In this document: positions 29,830 through 39,929 of the stretch, piece after piece | How positions within the stretch are numbered: position 1 is the stretch's first letter | Layout: every line of letters begins with the position of its first letter | NCBI GenBank assembly: GCA_963796685.1 | Contig: CAWCMR010000005.1 | Span: 160,001-224,000 of the forward strand | DNA length: 64,000 nt | Source: an uncultured delta proteobacterium | GTDB taxonomy: Bacteria; Myxococcota_A; Polyangia; Fen-1088 | Reading direction: 5' to 3' | The notes under the pieces: model-generated | Database searches by the model: none | What the model saw: only the letters and a program-made list of their open reading frames with translations | What the model was told of the DNA's origin: nothing | Made by a program: the position numbers and the translations under genes

Positions 29830-31134
29830 TCAGCGACCGTTGCCGTCGCGCGAGTGCAGCAGGTCGAGCGGCGGTGCTTCGCTCTCGACTACGTAGCCAA
29901 ACTCGCGTTTGAACTCTTCGGCCGATTTCTTGGGATTGCACACCGAACCGAACAGGGTCAGCACGGCCGGCTCATCGAAGTCGTCACGGCGCAAACGGAT
30001 CATGTAACGGCGGGCGATGGCGTAGCGGGTGGACTTGATGTCCACCATGCGCACGCGCGTGCGGCCGGTCTGCGGGTCGAGTAGATCGGCGAAGGGGATG
30101 GGCACGAAGTTCCCGGCTTGCAGCGAAACCATGGCGGCATTGCCGCCCGAGAACAGGAACTTGGCCGCGCAGTAGCCGAGATCGCGCGTGTATTCCATGT
30201 CGTAGGGCACGGGGTCGGCGCAGCGCAGCTCGTAGCCGATGTCCTTGGAGATGACGGTGACCTTGGCCACGCCGAGGTCGCGTAGCCTGATGTTCACGGC
30301 CTTCTTGAGGCCGTCGCCGAGGTTGAGCTCGGACACGCGAATGTGGCCGTGCTCGTCGCGCTCGATGTTGCCCAGGCGTTTGATGTCGTCCTCGGGCAAG
30401 GCCTCGGCCAGGCCCTCGGCCAACACCGCCACGCCGTAGCGCCGCCCCTCGGCCAGGCGCTTGATGATCGCGCCGGCCAGGATGTCGACCAGGATGCGCA
30501 GGGTCGGCTTGTGGCGCGGGAATTCCTCCGGGATCACGGTCAGGGTCGCGCCCGCGGCCTTGCCGATGCCGAGCGCCAGGTGGCCGGCCTTGCGCCCCAT
30601 GGCCACCACGAAGTACCAGCGCGAGGTGGTCTTGGCGTCGACCATCAGGTTCTTGACCAGCTCGACGCCGAGGTGGCGGGCGGTGTTGTAGCCGAAAGAA
30701 TCCACCGACGGGTCGAGGTCGAGATCGTTGTCGATGGTCTTGGGCACGTGCACGATGCGCAGCTTGCCCGCCGCCTTCTCGGACACCTTCATCGCCGAGT
30801 AGGCGGTGTCGTCGCCGCCGATGGTGATGAGCTGGGTAATCCCCAGACGCTGCAGCGAATCCACCACCATGACGAGATCCTCGTCCTTGGTGGTCGGGTT
30901 GGCGCGCGAGCTGCCCAGAAACGAGCCGCCGCTGAAGTGGATGCGGCTGACATCGCCGAGCAGCAAGGGGCGGATGTCCTCCAGGCGACCTTTCATGAGG
31001 CGATCGAACCCGTCGCGAATGCCGAGCACCTCCACGCCTTGCAAAAGGGCGCGGATGGTGGCGGCGCTGATCACGCTGTTGATGCCGGGCGCGGGACCAC
31101 CCCCGACCAGAATGCCGAGTTTCGTTTTGGGCAC
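29830..31134 (-). CDS. pfp: Pyrophosphate-dependent phosphofructokinase
   Basis: GGGPAPGIN, IGGDDT (Asp indicates PPi use), PKTIDND, MGRKAGHLA, GYELRC. Confidence 0.9.
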   Translation of the reverse strand: MPKTKLGILVGGGPAPGINSVISAATIRALLQGVEVLGIRDGFDRLMKGRLEDIRPLLLGDVSRIHFSGGSFLGSSRANPTTKDEDLVMVVDSLQRLGITQLITIGGDDTAYSAMKVSEKAAGKLRIVHVPKTIDNDLDLDPSVDSFGYNTARHLGVELVKNLMVDAKTTSRWYFVVAMGRKAGHLALGIGKAAGATLTVIPEEFPRHKPTLRILVDILAGAIIKRLAEGRRYGVAVLAEGLAEALPEDDIKRLGNIERDEHGHIRVSELNLGDGLKKAVNIRLRDLGVAKVTVISKDIGYELRCADPVPYDMEYTRDLGYCAAKFLFSGGNAAMVSLQAGNFVPIPFADLLDPQTGRTRVRMVDIKSTRYAIARRYMIRLRRDDFDEPAVLTLFGSVCNPKKSAEEFKREFGYVVESEAPPLDLLHSRDGNGR

Positions 31135-31249
31135 CTCTTCTCCTCCTTCGCCGTTGCCGGCTGTCTATCGGACCTGAAGCCGGGCAGGCCTGTATCCGGG
31201 GTCTGAATCGCGGCCGGAACCTAGCACAAGCAGCCTCGCGTGGTGTGGG

Positions 31250-31888
31250 TCACCAACCGCTTCGCATCGGTTCTTTCCTCACCGGAGGGCTGTGCGCCTG
31301 GTCAGGCTCCGGCGCAGGCTCACCCAAGGTGCGCAGTTGGCGTTCGATCTGATTGCGAACCCGCGGCGCGGTCTCCACGGCGAGCTGCCGGCGCAGCACC
31401 GTCGCCGCGTTCTCTGCGCGGGTGAGGCCGATGCCGATGGCCGCGTCGAGGCGGACTTCAGCGTCCTCGTTCTCGAAGAGCTGGGCCAACTTTTGTGCCG
31501 TGGCGTCCCCGCCCATCCATCCCAACCAGCCGAGCGCGACGGCGGCCCGGCGAACGATCAGGCGATCGGTGGCATCGCTGGCTTTGGCTTTGCCCTCGAC
31601 GAGCTTGCTCAGAAAGACATACACGCCGTGCGAAGGCACCAGGCGCAACGCAGCCACCGCCCGCGCTCGAATGAGCCCCTGGGCGCGCGTGTCCGAGGCG
31701 ATGTCCATCAGGGCGTCCTCGGGCGCCTTGGCCAGCGCACGCAGCTCGGCGGCCACGGCCACGTCGTGGGTAGCGAGATAGGCTTCGCACCGCACGCGGC
31801 CGTCGCCGGCCTTGCCCCCGTCGGGGGCCGATGCGGCTGGCACAGCGACCAGGGTGGAAAGCACGATGGCAAGGCACGTCAGAGGCAC
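31250..31888 (-). CDS. Exported HEAT-repeat protein
   Basis: Signal peptide; IRARAVAAL, VRRAAVALG, VRLDAAIGIG repeats. Confidence 0.65.
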   Translation of the reverse strand: MPLTCLAIVLSTLVAVPAASAPDGGKAGDGRVRCEAYLATHDVAVAAELRALAKAPEDALMDIASDTRAQGLIRARAVAALRLVPSHGVYVFLSKLVEGKAKASDATDRLIVRRAAVALGWLGWMGGDATAQKLAQLFENEDAEVRLDAAIGIGLTRAENAATVLRRQLAVETAPRVRNQIERQLRTLGEPAPEPDQAHSPPVRKEPMRSGW

Positions 31889-31946
31889 GGTGAGACGCTA
31901 GCACAGACCTTAAGGTATAGTGCGCCTCAACTCGATGGAGGCCTCC

Positions 31947-32870
31947 ATGCATCGTTGCACGCGCATGTTCCAGTTGATTTTCGTCACCAGCTTCGCTTTT
32001 GCACCCGCCTTGTTCGCCCAGGAAAGCTCCCCCATGCCCGCGCCCGAGGCGGCCGGCCCGGCACCAGAAGCCACGGCGCCCGCCGAGCCCGGCGTCACGC
32101 CGGCCACGGATGAGACCCCGGCCGCCGCCAGCGTGGCGGTGCCCGCCACCGCCGCGGTCAACGAGGCGAAGTATGGCCTTGCATTCCGCTTTCGCTGGAT
32201 CTCGGTCCCAAGCTGGTTCCTAGGACTGTTCACGCAGAAGAACGTGCCGCTTTCAACCTACGGTTTCGCCCTGGAGGGCTTTCGCCGCAAGCACGACCGG
32301 GACGACCCCAACCGCACCTGGGAGCTTTCCGTGGCCATCGGCTATCAAAACATGAGCCCACCCGATGGCTACTGGCTCGGCAAGGGCAAGCAGCCCATCT
32401 ACAATGGAGACCCCAAGCAGGGGGACACGGACCTGGTCCAGTTCCGGAATTTCTCGCTCATCACCATGGACGCCGCGTTCATCTCTCGCCAGTACTTCAG
32501 TCCCTACTTCGGTATCCACTACGGCGCCGGTTTGGGCCTGGCTGTCGTGCGGGGCAAGATCCTGCGCACGTCGGCAACCTACAACCAGGCAACGGGTCAA
32601 TACACCGTCCAATCGGGCGGAAACCAGCTCTGCGACCCCTCTGCGAAATGCAATGAAGCCGCACTCGCCGCAACCTCGACTGGCCCCGACAACGGACCCG
32701 GCGATCCGCACCGCTTCCAGGAGACCTCCGTCCCCGGTGCCATCCCCATCATCAACCTGCTCTTCGGGCTCGACTTTCCCATCCCCGATGCCAAAGGGCT
32801 CGAGTTCCGCGTCGAGGGCGGCTTCTACGACGCCTTCTTCCTCGGCGGCACGGCTGGCTACGTCTTCTAG
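31947..32870 (+). CDS. Exported hypothetical protein, probable outer-membrane barrel
   Basis: GGAGG RBS, signal peptide, amphipathic beta strands, C-terminal GYVF. Confidence 0.6.
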   Translation: MHRCTRMFQLIFVTSFAFAPALFAQESSPMPAPEAAGPAPEATAPAEPGVTPATDETPAAASVAVPATAAVNEAKYGLAFRFRWISVPSWFLGLFTQKNVPLSTYGFALEGFRRKHDRDDPNRTWELSVAIGYQNMSPPDGYWLGKGKQPIYNGDPKQGDTDLVQFRNFSLITMDAAFISRQYFSPYFGIHYGAGLGLAVVRGKILRTSATYNQATGQYTVQSGGNQLCDPSAKCNEAALAATSTGPDNGPGDPHRFQETSVPGAIPIINLLFGLDFPIPDAKGLEFRVEGGFYDAFFLGGTAGYVF

Positions 32871-34730
32871 TTTTTCGCTTTGGCCGTCGGCGCCTGGCGC
32901 ACCACCGGGCGCACGACCACGTGGCTGGTTCCCCGCAGCACCTCGATCGCTATCGGCACATCCACCGCGGACGAAGCGATGAAGGGACGCAGCTCTTGCG
33001 CATGGGACAGGGGGCGGCCGGGCGGCCCGAGCACGATGTCGCCTGCGCGAAGACCGGCCTCCGCCGCCGGAGAGCGGGGGAACACCGAGGTGATTCTGCG
33101 CGGCACCGTCGGAAAGGCGCAGACTCTTGCGCCGGCCGTAGCTGATGGGAACGAAGGCGATACCCAGCCAACCCGGCCGGACCGCGGCCGCGCGCCGCCG
33201 ATCCTCGTCGAGCGACGGTAGCCTCGGCGCTTCCGGCGCCTCTGCCATGCGCGGCGGGGCCGGAACCGGCAGGGCCAGATCCTCGCACTGGTCCAGGGCC
33301 TCGACGGCCTGCGCCTGGCGCGGGTCCTTCTTGCTCCACAGGCGCCCGGCCACCGAGGTCAGGACGAAACGCATGCGCAGAAGGGCTGCCACGCGGATCT
33401 CGCCGCGGTAGCTGACCTCGTCGGTGGTCGTCATTCCGTCGACCAACCGGTTGGCCTCGGCCAGGCGCAAGGGATCGGACATCACGAATGGCTCGAGGGC
33501 GGCCAGCAGCTCCCGCGCGAGATCGCGCCGGGCCGCGGTGTCGAGCCCGCGCACGGCCCGATCCGCGAGACGCGCTCGCCAGCGCGGATGGGCGGTCAGG
33601 AAGGCGTCCAGGTTGGCCTGATTGAAATCGCCGAGCGCGCGCTCCCAGGTCTTGCCGTCGAGATCGAGCTGGTCGAGAAAGGCAAACAGGGTATGCGCGC
33701 GCCCGTCCAGCTCGGCCAACGAGAGGGGGCGAGCAAGGGCGTAGACCGCGGCGATGCGATCGAGCAGGCGGCTTTCCTCGGAAGACTCGCCGCTGGCGAA
33801 GGCCCGACGAATCAAGGGATCGGCGAAGGCGCCCTCGCGCTCGGGCGCCCCGGCAGCGTTGGCGACGAGCTCGGCCAGGTACACATCCGAGCTGCGCAGG
33901 GGAATGTCCGGTGTCTCGTCGCTGACCAGGATATCGGCTTGGGCGGCCAAAAAGCGCCCGCGGCGGGCAAGGGCCGACAGAAACTCGAAGGAATGCCCGA
34001 TGGCCTTCTGGCCGCGCACCTCGGGATAGCACCCGTAGGCGGGGCGATCCGGGGTGGACGAAAAGTACCCGCAGGTCTTTCCGCTCGGCAGGCGCTTGTG
34101 CTCGCGCGTCTCGTGCAGATAGGCGAACCCGCCGGAAAAGCACTGGGACATGAGCGACAGCACGCGCACCGAGGGGGGCAGCCGTGCGAGCAAGGCGCCG
34201 AGCTTGCGCACCGAGATCGATTCATGCGGCCCCCATAGCGTGATGCGGTTGTCGAGGGGATCGCGCAAGCTCTGGGTTCCGTGGTCGGTCACGTAGAGGA
34301 GAAGGGTGTCGCCGGGGCGCAGGCGCCCGCCCAGCTCGCCGAGCGTGCGCGACAGGCTGGCCAGCGTCGCCGGGCGCAGATCGATGCCGGGCAAGGACGA
34401 GTTCTCGTACGTGGTGAGATCGCGCAGCAGGGTGTCCACCCGCGTGCCTTGCAAGAGCCAGCTGTTCTCGGGCTCGGGCTCGCGCGTGGCCAGATCGGGC
34501 GCCGGGTTGCTTCCGTCGCTGGCCAGCACGGCGATGTGGTCGCGAGGAATGCCGGAGGCGGCCAGCAGTTGGGTAAGCTGGCGCAGATGCGCCAGGTGCG
34601 AGGCGAAGTTGTCCTGCTTGTCGCCACCGCCATTGATGGCCAGGACGTAAAGCCCTCCCTTCTCCGCCGCCCGTGCCGCGGGAGCGAGCGTCGACAAGAC
34701 CGCCGCAAGGACCATGGAGGCGCGCGACAT
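32867..34730 (-). CDS. Secreted clan CD (C13/caspase-like) peptidase with C-terminal PDZ; frameshift near 33095
   Basis: YVTDHG and SQCFSGGF His/Cys dyad; GWLGI...SPAAEAGLRAGDIV PDZ split over two frames by one extra A. Confidence 0.7.
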
Positions 34731-34798
34731 GGGGCAAACATGCCCGAAATCCGCCCCGATGGCACTAGCCGAAGTGGGACCAGAACCCGCAATCCCGC

Positions 34799-34988
34799 GA
34801 CAAGAAGAGTGACAGCGCGGAAGGTACCAGAAAGAGACACCTTTCCACGACAGATGCACGCACCCAATCGGAGCGATGACGGGTGGTCGTAGACGTAGAC
34901 GGCTTACCGTGGCCGTGGCCGTGGCCGTGGCCGACGGCAATTACAACCGACCACGGCCGACCTTCTGCGGCTATCGCGGGATTATGGA
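34799..34988 (-). repeat. ~190 bp dispersed intergenic element
   Basis: Reverse complement is near-identical to 47870-48003 and 46950-46980; partial copies at 6363-6400 and 28592-28616. Confidence 0.85.
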
Positions 34989-35041
34989 CGGTCGTTGGGC
35001 CTTGGCGTTCGCTGTAGGTCAGGTAGAGACTGCTGCTTACC

Positions 35042-36991
35042 GTGTCCGCCGTCGAGTTGCTCGCCCCCGCCAAGGATCTGGAAACCGGCATCGCTGCCAT
35101 CAACTGCGGTGCCGACGCGGTGTACGTGGGTGCCGCGCGCTTCGGGGCGCGCGAGGCGGCGGCGAATGCGTTGTCCGACATCGAAGAGCTGGCCAGGTAC
35201 GCGCATCGCTATTGGGGCAAGGTCTACGCCGCGGTCAACACCATCTTGCGCGACGACGAGATCGAAGCGGCCGTCGGGCTCTGCCGCGACCTGCACCGCG
35301 CCGGCGTGGACGGGCTGATCATCCAAGACGTCGGCCTCCTCGAGTGCGACCTGCCGCCGCTACCGCTCATCGCCAGCACGCAGATGCACAACCACACGCC
35401 CGAGCGCGTGCGCTTCTTGGAGAAGGTCGGTTTCGCGCGCACCATCCTGGCCCGCGAGCTCGATCTCGATCGAATCCGCGAGATCCGCGCCACCACCGCC
35501 ATCGAGCTCGAGGTGTTCATCCACGGCGCCTTGTGCGTGTGCATGAGCGGCCAGTGCACGCTCAGCTACGCCATGGGCGGCCGCAGCGGCAACCGCGGCC
35601 AGTGCGCGCAACCCTGCCGGCGCGGGTATTCGCTGGTGGACGCGCGAGGGAAAACCATCGTCGCGGACCGCCACCTGCTTTCACTGCGCGATCTCAATCT
35701 GACCCCGCACCTGGGCGAGCTGCTGGGCGCCGGGGTGTCGTCGTTCAAGATCGAGGGGCGGCTCAAGAACAAGGCCTACGTCATGAACGTCGTGGGGCAC
35801 TACCGCCAGGTGCTCGATGGCCTGCTGGCGGCACGAGGCGAGCGCAGGACCTCGTCGGGAACGGTGACGCTGGGATTTTCGCCCAATCCCGACAAGACCT
35901 TCAACCGCGGCTACACCCGCTATTTTCTCCATGGCCGAGGCGCCGAGGTGGCGTCGCCCGATTCGCCCAAGCACGTGGGCGAGCCCCTCGGGCGCGTAAC
36001 GGCGCTCGGGCGAGATTCCTTTACCCTGGATGCACCCGCGCCCTTGCAGAACGGCGATGGCATCACCTTCTACGACGACCATCACCAGCTCTCGGGCTCG
36101 GCCGTGAACCGCGTGCAGGGCAAGGTCGTGTTTCCGCAAAAGCTCGATGGCCTGGCCGCGGGCGCCCGCGTGTTCCGCAACCACGACCACGCCTTTGCCA
36201 AGCAGATCGCGCAGAGCCGGCCGGCGCGTACGATCGCGATCGCGCTCAGGCTCGAAGAAACACCCGATGGAATTGCCCTGGAAGCGACGGATGAAGACGG
36301 GATCCGCGCCGTCGTCGCCTTGGCTTGCGACAAGATCCCGGCCGAGAAAACCACCCGAGCCGCGGCCTATGTCGAGCAGCAACTCGCCAAGCTGGGCGAC
36401 ACCGAGTTTGGCGCCAGCAGCATCGTCCTCGCATGGCAGACGCCACTTCACCTGCCGCCAGCCCAGGTGAATTCACTGCGCCGACAACTGGCCGAAGCGC
36501 TGAGGGCGGCGCGGGCCTCGGCCCGGCCCAAGCAAGAAAGACCCTTCGTCCCAAACGCGGTGTCTTTTCCCACCACCAGCCTTTCCTACCAAGCCAACGT
36601 GCTCAACCGAAAGGCCGTCGCATTCTACCGCCGCCACGGCGTGGTCGACCTCGAGCCCGCCGCCGAAAGTGGTCTCGACCTCGCCGGCCGGGTCGTCATG
36701 ACCACGCGCTACTGCCTCAAATACGAGCTTGGGCTTTGCCCGCGGAGAAAGGATTTCACCACAGAGAGCACGGAGAGCGCAGAGGGAACGAGAGAAAAGG
36801 GGGTTCGACTCCAGACTCCGGAAATTCCTTTTCCTTCCGCCTCTGCGCGCGCTGTGCTCTCTGTGGTGAAGAATCGGATCCCCGCGCACCCCGAGCCGTG
36901 GTCTTTGGTCGACGACGAGGGCCGACGCTTGCGCTTGCGCTTCCGCTGCGCCGATCGGTATTGCGTGATGGAGGTCGCCTACCTGGGCTAG
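35042..36991 (+). CDS. rlhA: U32 family protein, 23S rRNA hydroxylase RlhA-like
   Basis: ELLAPA, GADAVYVG, ASTQM, EVFIHGALC..SGQC, RSGNRGQCAQPCR, KIEGR, C-terminal DUF3656-like region. Confidence 0.85.
   Translation: MSAVELLAPAKDLETGIAAINCGADAVYVGAARFGAREAAANALSDIEELARYAHRYWGKVYAAVNTILRDDEIEAAVGLCRDLHRAGVDGLIIQDVGLLECDLPPLPLIASTQMHNHTPERVRFLEKVGFARTILARELDLDRIREIRATTAIELEVFIHGALCVCMSGQCTLSYAMGGRSGNRGQCAQPCRRGYSLVDARGKTIVADRHLLSLRDLNLTPHLGELLGAGVSSFKIEGRLKNKAYVMNVVGHYRQVLDGLLAARGERRTSSGTVTLGFSPNPDKTFNRGYTRYFLHGRGAEVASPDSPKHVGEPLGRVTALGRDSFTLDAPAPLQNGDGITFYDDHHQLSGSAVNRVQGKVVFPQKLDGLAAGARVFRNHDHAFAKQIAQSRPARTIAIALRLEETPDGIALEATDEDGIRAVVALACDKIPAEKTTRAAAYVEQQLAKLGDTEFGASSIVLAWQTPLHLPPAQVNSLRRQLAEALRAARASARPKQERPFVPNAVSFPTTSLSYQANVLNRKAVAFYRRHGVVDLEPAAESGLDLAGRVVMTTRYCLKYELGLCPRRKDFTTESTESAEGTREKGVRLQTPEIPFPSASARAVLSVVKNRIPAHPEPWSLVDDEGRRLRLRFRCADRYCVMEVAYLG
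36755..36870. repeat. Palindromic repeat inserted in frame in rlhA
   Basis: TTCACCACAGAGAGCAC (36755) and GTGCTCTCTGTGGTGAA (36854) form a perfect 17-bp inverted repeat. Confidence 0.85.
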
Positions 36992-37226
36992 AGCACCGAA
37001 CGGGTTGATTTTCTCGAAGAATCCGACTGCTGAGTCTCTCTCGGTGCTCTCCACGCGAAGAGCACAACGCATAGGATTTTCACCACAGAGAGCACAGAGA
37101 CCGGAAGAGAAGGGATTCGGATCTCAGATCCGGATCCTCTTCCATTCTTTCATCTCTGTGTTCTCTGCGCCCTCTGTGGTGAAAAATCCGGAAAACACTC
37201 GGTTTTCAAACCGTTCGGTGCTCTAG
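36988..37226. mobile_element. MITE-like element with 16-bp terminal inverted repeats
   Basis: CTAGAGCACCGAACGG ... CCGTTCGGTGCTCTAG; internal CACCACAGAG palindrome; partial second copy at ~25960-26030. Confidence 0.75.
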
Positions 37227-37229
37227 GTG

Positions 37230-38570
37230 TCAATCGCCTTTGGCTTGTCGCTCGGCTTGCCGCGCCTTCCAGCGCGCGCGGCGCTCTTTCGCCAGGCGGT
37301 GCTTCTTGCTTGCCAGCGCGATGTCGTGGGCCACCGTTTCTTGCGGCGGAATGACAAAGTCGGGACCGAGGATGGGCGCCGGGTCGAGGGCGTCGCCATC
37401 GCGATGGATTTCGAGGTGCAGGTGGGTGCCCGAAACCTTGACACCCGAATGCCCCACGTTGGCGATGATCTGGCCGGCGCGCACGCGCTCGTTGATGGCC
37501 ACGCGATAGCTCTGCAGGTGCATGTAGCACGAGAAGATGTGCGGGACGTGTCGGATACAGACAAAGAGGCCGCCCGGTCCCAGCTCGGGCCGCTTGGTGG
37601 TGGCAAGCGTATCCGGCGGCACCACCTGCGGCCGCACCCGACCGGGCAGATCGAACCCGGTGAACCACACCACGCCGTCGGCGATGCTGGCGATGGGCTC
37701 GCCCCCGGTGGCATCGATGTCGAGGCCGCGGTGGGCCCGCGCGCCGTCTTCGCGATCCTCGCCCGGCCCGCTGGGGGCCACGCGCGGGATGCCTTCCAGC
37801 GGCGAGACCACGTCGAAACCGAGCTCGGTCCTGCGCGGGATCGCCTTCTTGTCGAGGTAGCGGTCGATCAGGCGCCGCCGCGCGATGAGCGCCCGATCCT
37901 CGCCGCCCGTGCCGCGCACGACATCGCCCCACCCGAAGTGCGCGACCGCGCTGCGATGGGGAACCGAACCGGGAAAAGCGTCATCGATGGCGGGGTGCTG
38001 GTCCTGCCACATGGCCAGCATGGCTGCGCCCAAGCGCAGGTTGATCGACGAATTCTGGAGGCGTTGGAGTGCGCCGCGCGGAATGGGCCGCGTGCGCTCC
38101 TTCCAAACCTCGCCGTCCCGCACCTGGTAGCGTAGAGAATCGCCGTGCACGTTGCCCTGGATCATGCGCGCTTGAATCTGCAGAAGACCGACCCCGAAAG
38201 GCGTGACCAGAGTGGGCACGCACCGGCTCTCGCGGTAGACCAGGGCGGCCAGCAAGAACACGTCTACCTTGGCCTCGTCGGCGGCCTGAAGGATCTCGTC
38301 GGAGAGGCGGCCGAGCATGCGCGGCGAGGCCATGCCTTCGCACATGCCGGAAAACGCGGCGCGAAGCTTCGCCTCGTCGATGGGTGCAGGCGGCGAATCG
38401 GGCTCGGCGGGCCAGCGCTTGGGATCCTTGAGCTCGTGGACCCCCGGTCGCAGCAGCCCCTCCTCGGTGCGCCGCTTGCGCGCGGGCCACGGAGGTTTCG
38501 CTTCGCCGGCCGACACGTCCAGCGCAAGAATGGAAATCACGAACCAAAGCAGAGCCCCAAGGCGCGCCAC
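37230..38570 (-). CDS. Exported SLT transglycosylase-like + M23 peptidase fusion
   Basis: LAALVYRES, GLLQI, NLRLGA (SLT); HRGLDI, YMHL, HLHLE (M23). Confidence 0.8.
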   Translation of the reverse strand: MARLGALLWFVISILALDVSAGEAKPPWPARKRRTEEGLLRPGVHELKDPKRWPAEPDSPPAPIDEAKLRAAFSGMCEGMASPRMLGRLSDEILQAADEAKVDVFLLAALVYRESRCVPTLVTPFGVGLLQIQARMIQGNVHGDSLRYQVRDGEVWKERTRPIPRGALQRLQNSSINLRLGAAMLAMWQDQHPAIDDAFPGSVPHRSAVAHFGWGDVVRGTGGEDRALIARRRLIDRYLDKKAIPRRTELGFDVVSPLEGIPRVAPSGPGEDREDGARAHRGLDIDATGGEPIASIADGVVWFTGFDLPGRVRPQVVPPDTLATTKRPELGPGGLFVCIRHVPHIFSCYMHLQSYRVAINERVRAGQIIANVGHSGVKVSGTHLHLEIHRDGDALDPAPILGPDFVIPPQETVAHDIALASKKHRLAKERRARWKARQAERQAKGD

Positions 38571-38691
38571 GTCCCCAGTGTGCCTGACCGTCGAGGGATT
38601 TGCCTACTTCCACGGTGGGCCGCTCGGTGGGCCGCATTGTCGACTGGTTGACTCCGCTTTTCGCCATTCGTCGCAACCCTCGAATTACGCC

Positions 38692-38744
38692 TTGACACGC
38701 GACAATTCACATAGTACGTTTATCCTATCGTTTTTATAGGAATT
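38692..38744 (+). promoter_or_regulatory. Sigma70-type promoter and palindromic operator upstream of cysK
   Basis: TTGACA-17nt-TACGTT (38692-38720), then TCCTAT-N7-ATAGGA (38723-38741) overlapping the RBS. Confidence 0.6.
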
Positions 38745-38748
38745 CATC

Positions 38749-39696
38749 ATGCTCTACAACGACAATTCCCTGTCCATCGGTGGAACTCCTCTCATCAAGC
38801 TCGGGCGCATCGCCGCCGGAGCCAAGGCAACCGTCCTGGCCAAGATCGAAGGGCGCAACCCGGCCTACTCGGTCAAGTGCCGCATCGGCGCGTCCATGAT
38901 TCAGGACGCGGAATCGCGCGGCGTGCTGCGCCCCGGAATCGAGGTCGTGGAACCGACCAGCGGCAACACGGGCATCGCGCTCGCGTTCGTATGCGCTGCC
39001 CGCGGCTACAAGCTGACGCTGACCATGCCGGAGACCATGAGCATGGAGCGCCGTCGGGTGCTGGCCGCGTTCGGCGCCAACCTGGTGCTCACCCCAGGCC
39101 CAGAAGGCATGCCCGGTGCCATCCGGCGTGCGGAAGCTCTGGCCGCCAGCGAACCCGATCACTACTTCCTGCCCCAGCAATTCAAGAACCCGGCCAACCC
39201 GCGCATCCACGAGCAGACTACCGGGCCGGAGATCTGGAACGACACCAGCGGCAAGGTCGACGTGCTGGTTTCAGGCGTGGGCACGGGCGGCACCATCACG
39301 GGGATTTCACGCTACTTCGAGAAGGTGAAGAAGCAGCCGCTGCTGTCGGTCGCGGTCGAGCCGGTCAAGAGCCCGGTCATCACCCAGCAGCTCAAGGGAG
39401 AGCCGCTCAAGCCCGGGCCCCACAAAATTCAAGGTCTGGGCGCCGGGTTCATTCCCGAGACCCTGGACCTTTCCATCGTGGATCGGGTGGAACTGGTCAC
39501 CGACGAGGAGTCCATCGAGACCGCGCGCCGGTTGGCTCGCGAGGAAGGCATCATCTCGGGAATCTCGTGCGGTGCCGCTGCGGTCGCGGCGATCCGGCTG
39601 GCCAAGCTCGACGAGTTTGCCGGCAAGACGATCGTCGTCATCCTGCCCGACTCGGGCGAGCGTTACCTTTCGACCATCTTGTTCGAAGGTATCTAG
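38749..39696 (+). CDS. cysK: Cysteine synthase A
   Basis: NPAYSVKCR (PLP Lys), [31 protein letters not shown]. Confidence 0.96.
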   Translation: MLYNDNSLSIGGTPLIKLGRIAAGAKATVLAKIEGRNPAYSVKCRIGASMIQDAESRGVLRPGIEVVEPTSGNTGIALAFVCAARGYKLTLTMPETMSMERRRVLAAFGANLVLTPGPEGMPGAIRRAEALAASEPDHYFLPQQFKNPANPRIHEQTTGPEIWNDTSGKVDVLVSGVGTGGTITGISRYFEKVKKQPLLSVAVEPVKSPVITQQLKGEPLKPGPHKIQGLGAGFIPETLDLSIVDRVELVTDEESIETARRLAREEGIISGISCGAAAVAAIRLAKLDEFAGKTIVVILPDSGERYLSTILFEGI

Positions 39697-39929
39697 GCCC
39701 TTCATAGGCCCACTCCAAAGAAGGTGAGACAAGTTCTCGCTACACTTCGGCGAGGCCCAAATTGCGATGTCGCTTAGCATCCGGCCGACAAGCCGGGCCG
39801 AGGGCAAGGAGGGCCGAGAACCGGACCGGAATGTACTGATGTACTTGAGGACCGGAAGCGCAGGCCCGACGCCGCCATCGGCCCGGATCGTCGGCCGTCG
39901 TCGCCTCGACGAGTTGAGGCATCACTTCG

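Noticed and set aside
28623-33110. Programmed frameshifting in rlmN (~29545), the C13-PDZ gene (~33095) and treS (~19)
   Set aside because: Each is a lone single-base insertion without a slippery site. Three in conserved genes points to sequencing or assembly error; reads are needed to decide.
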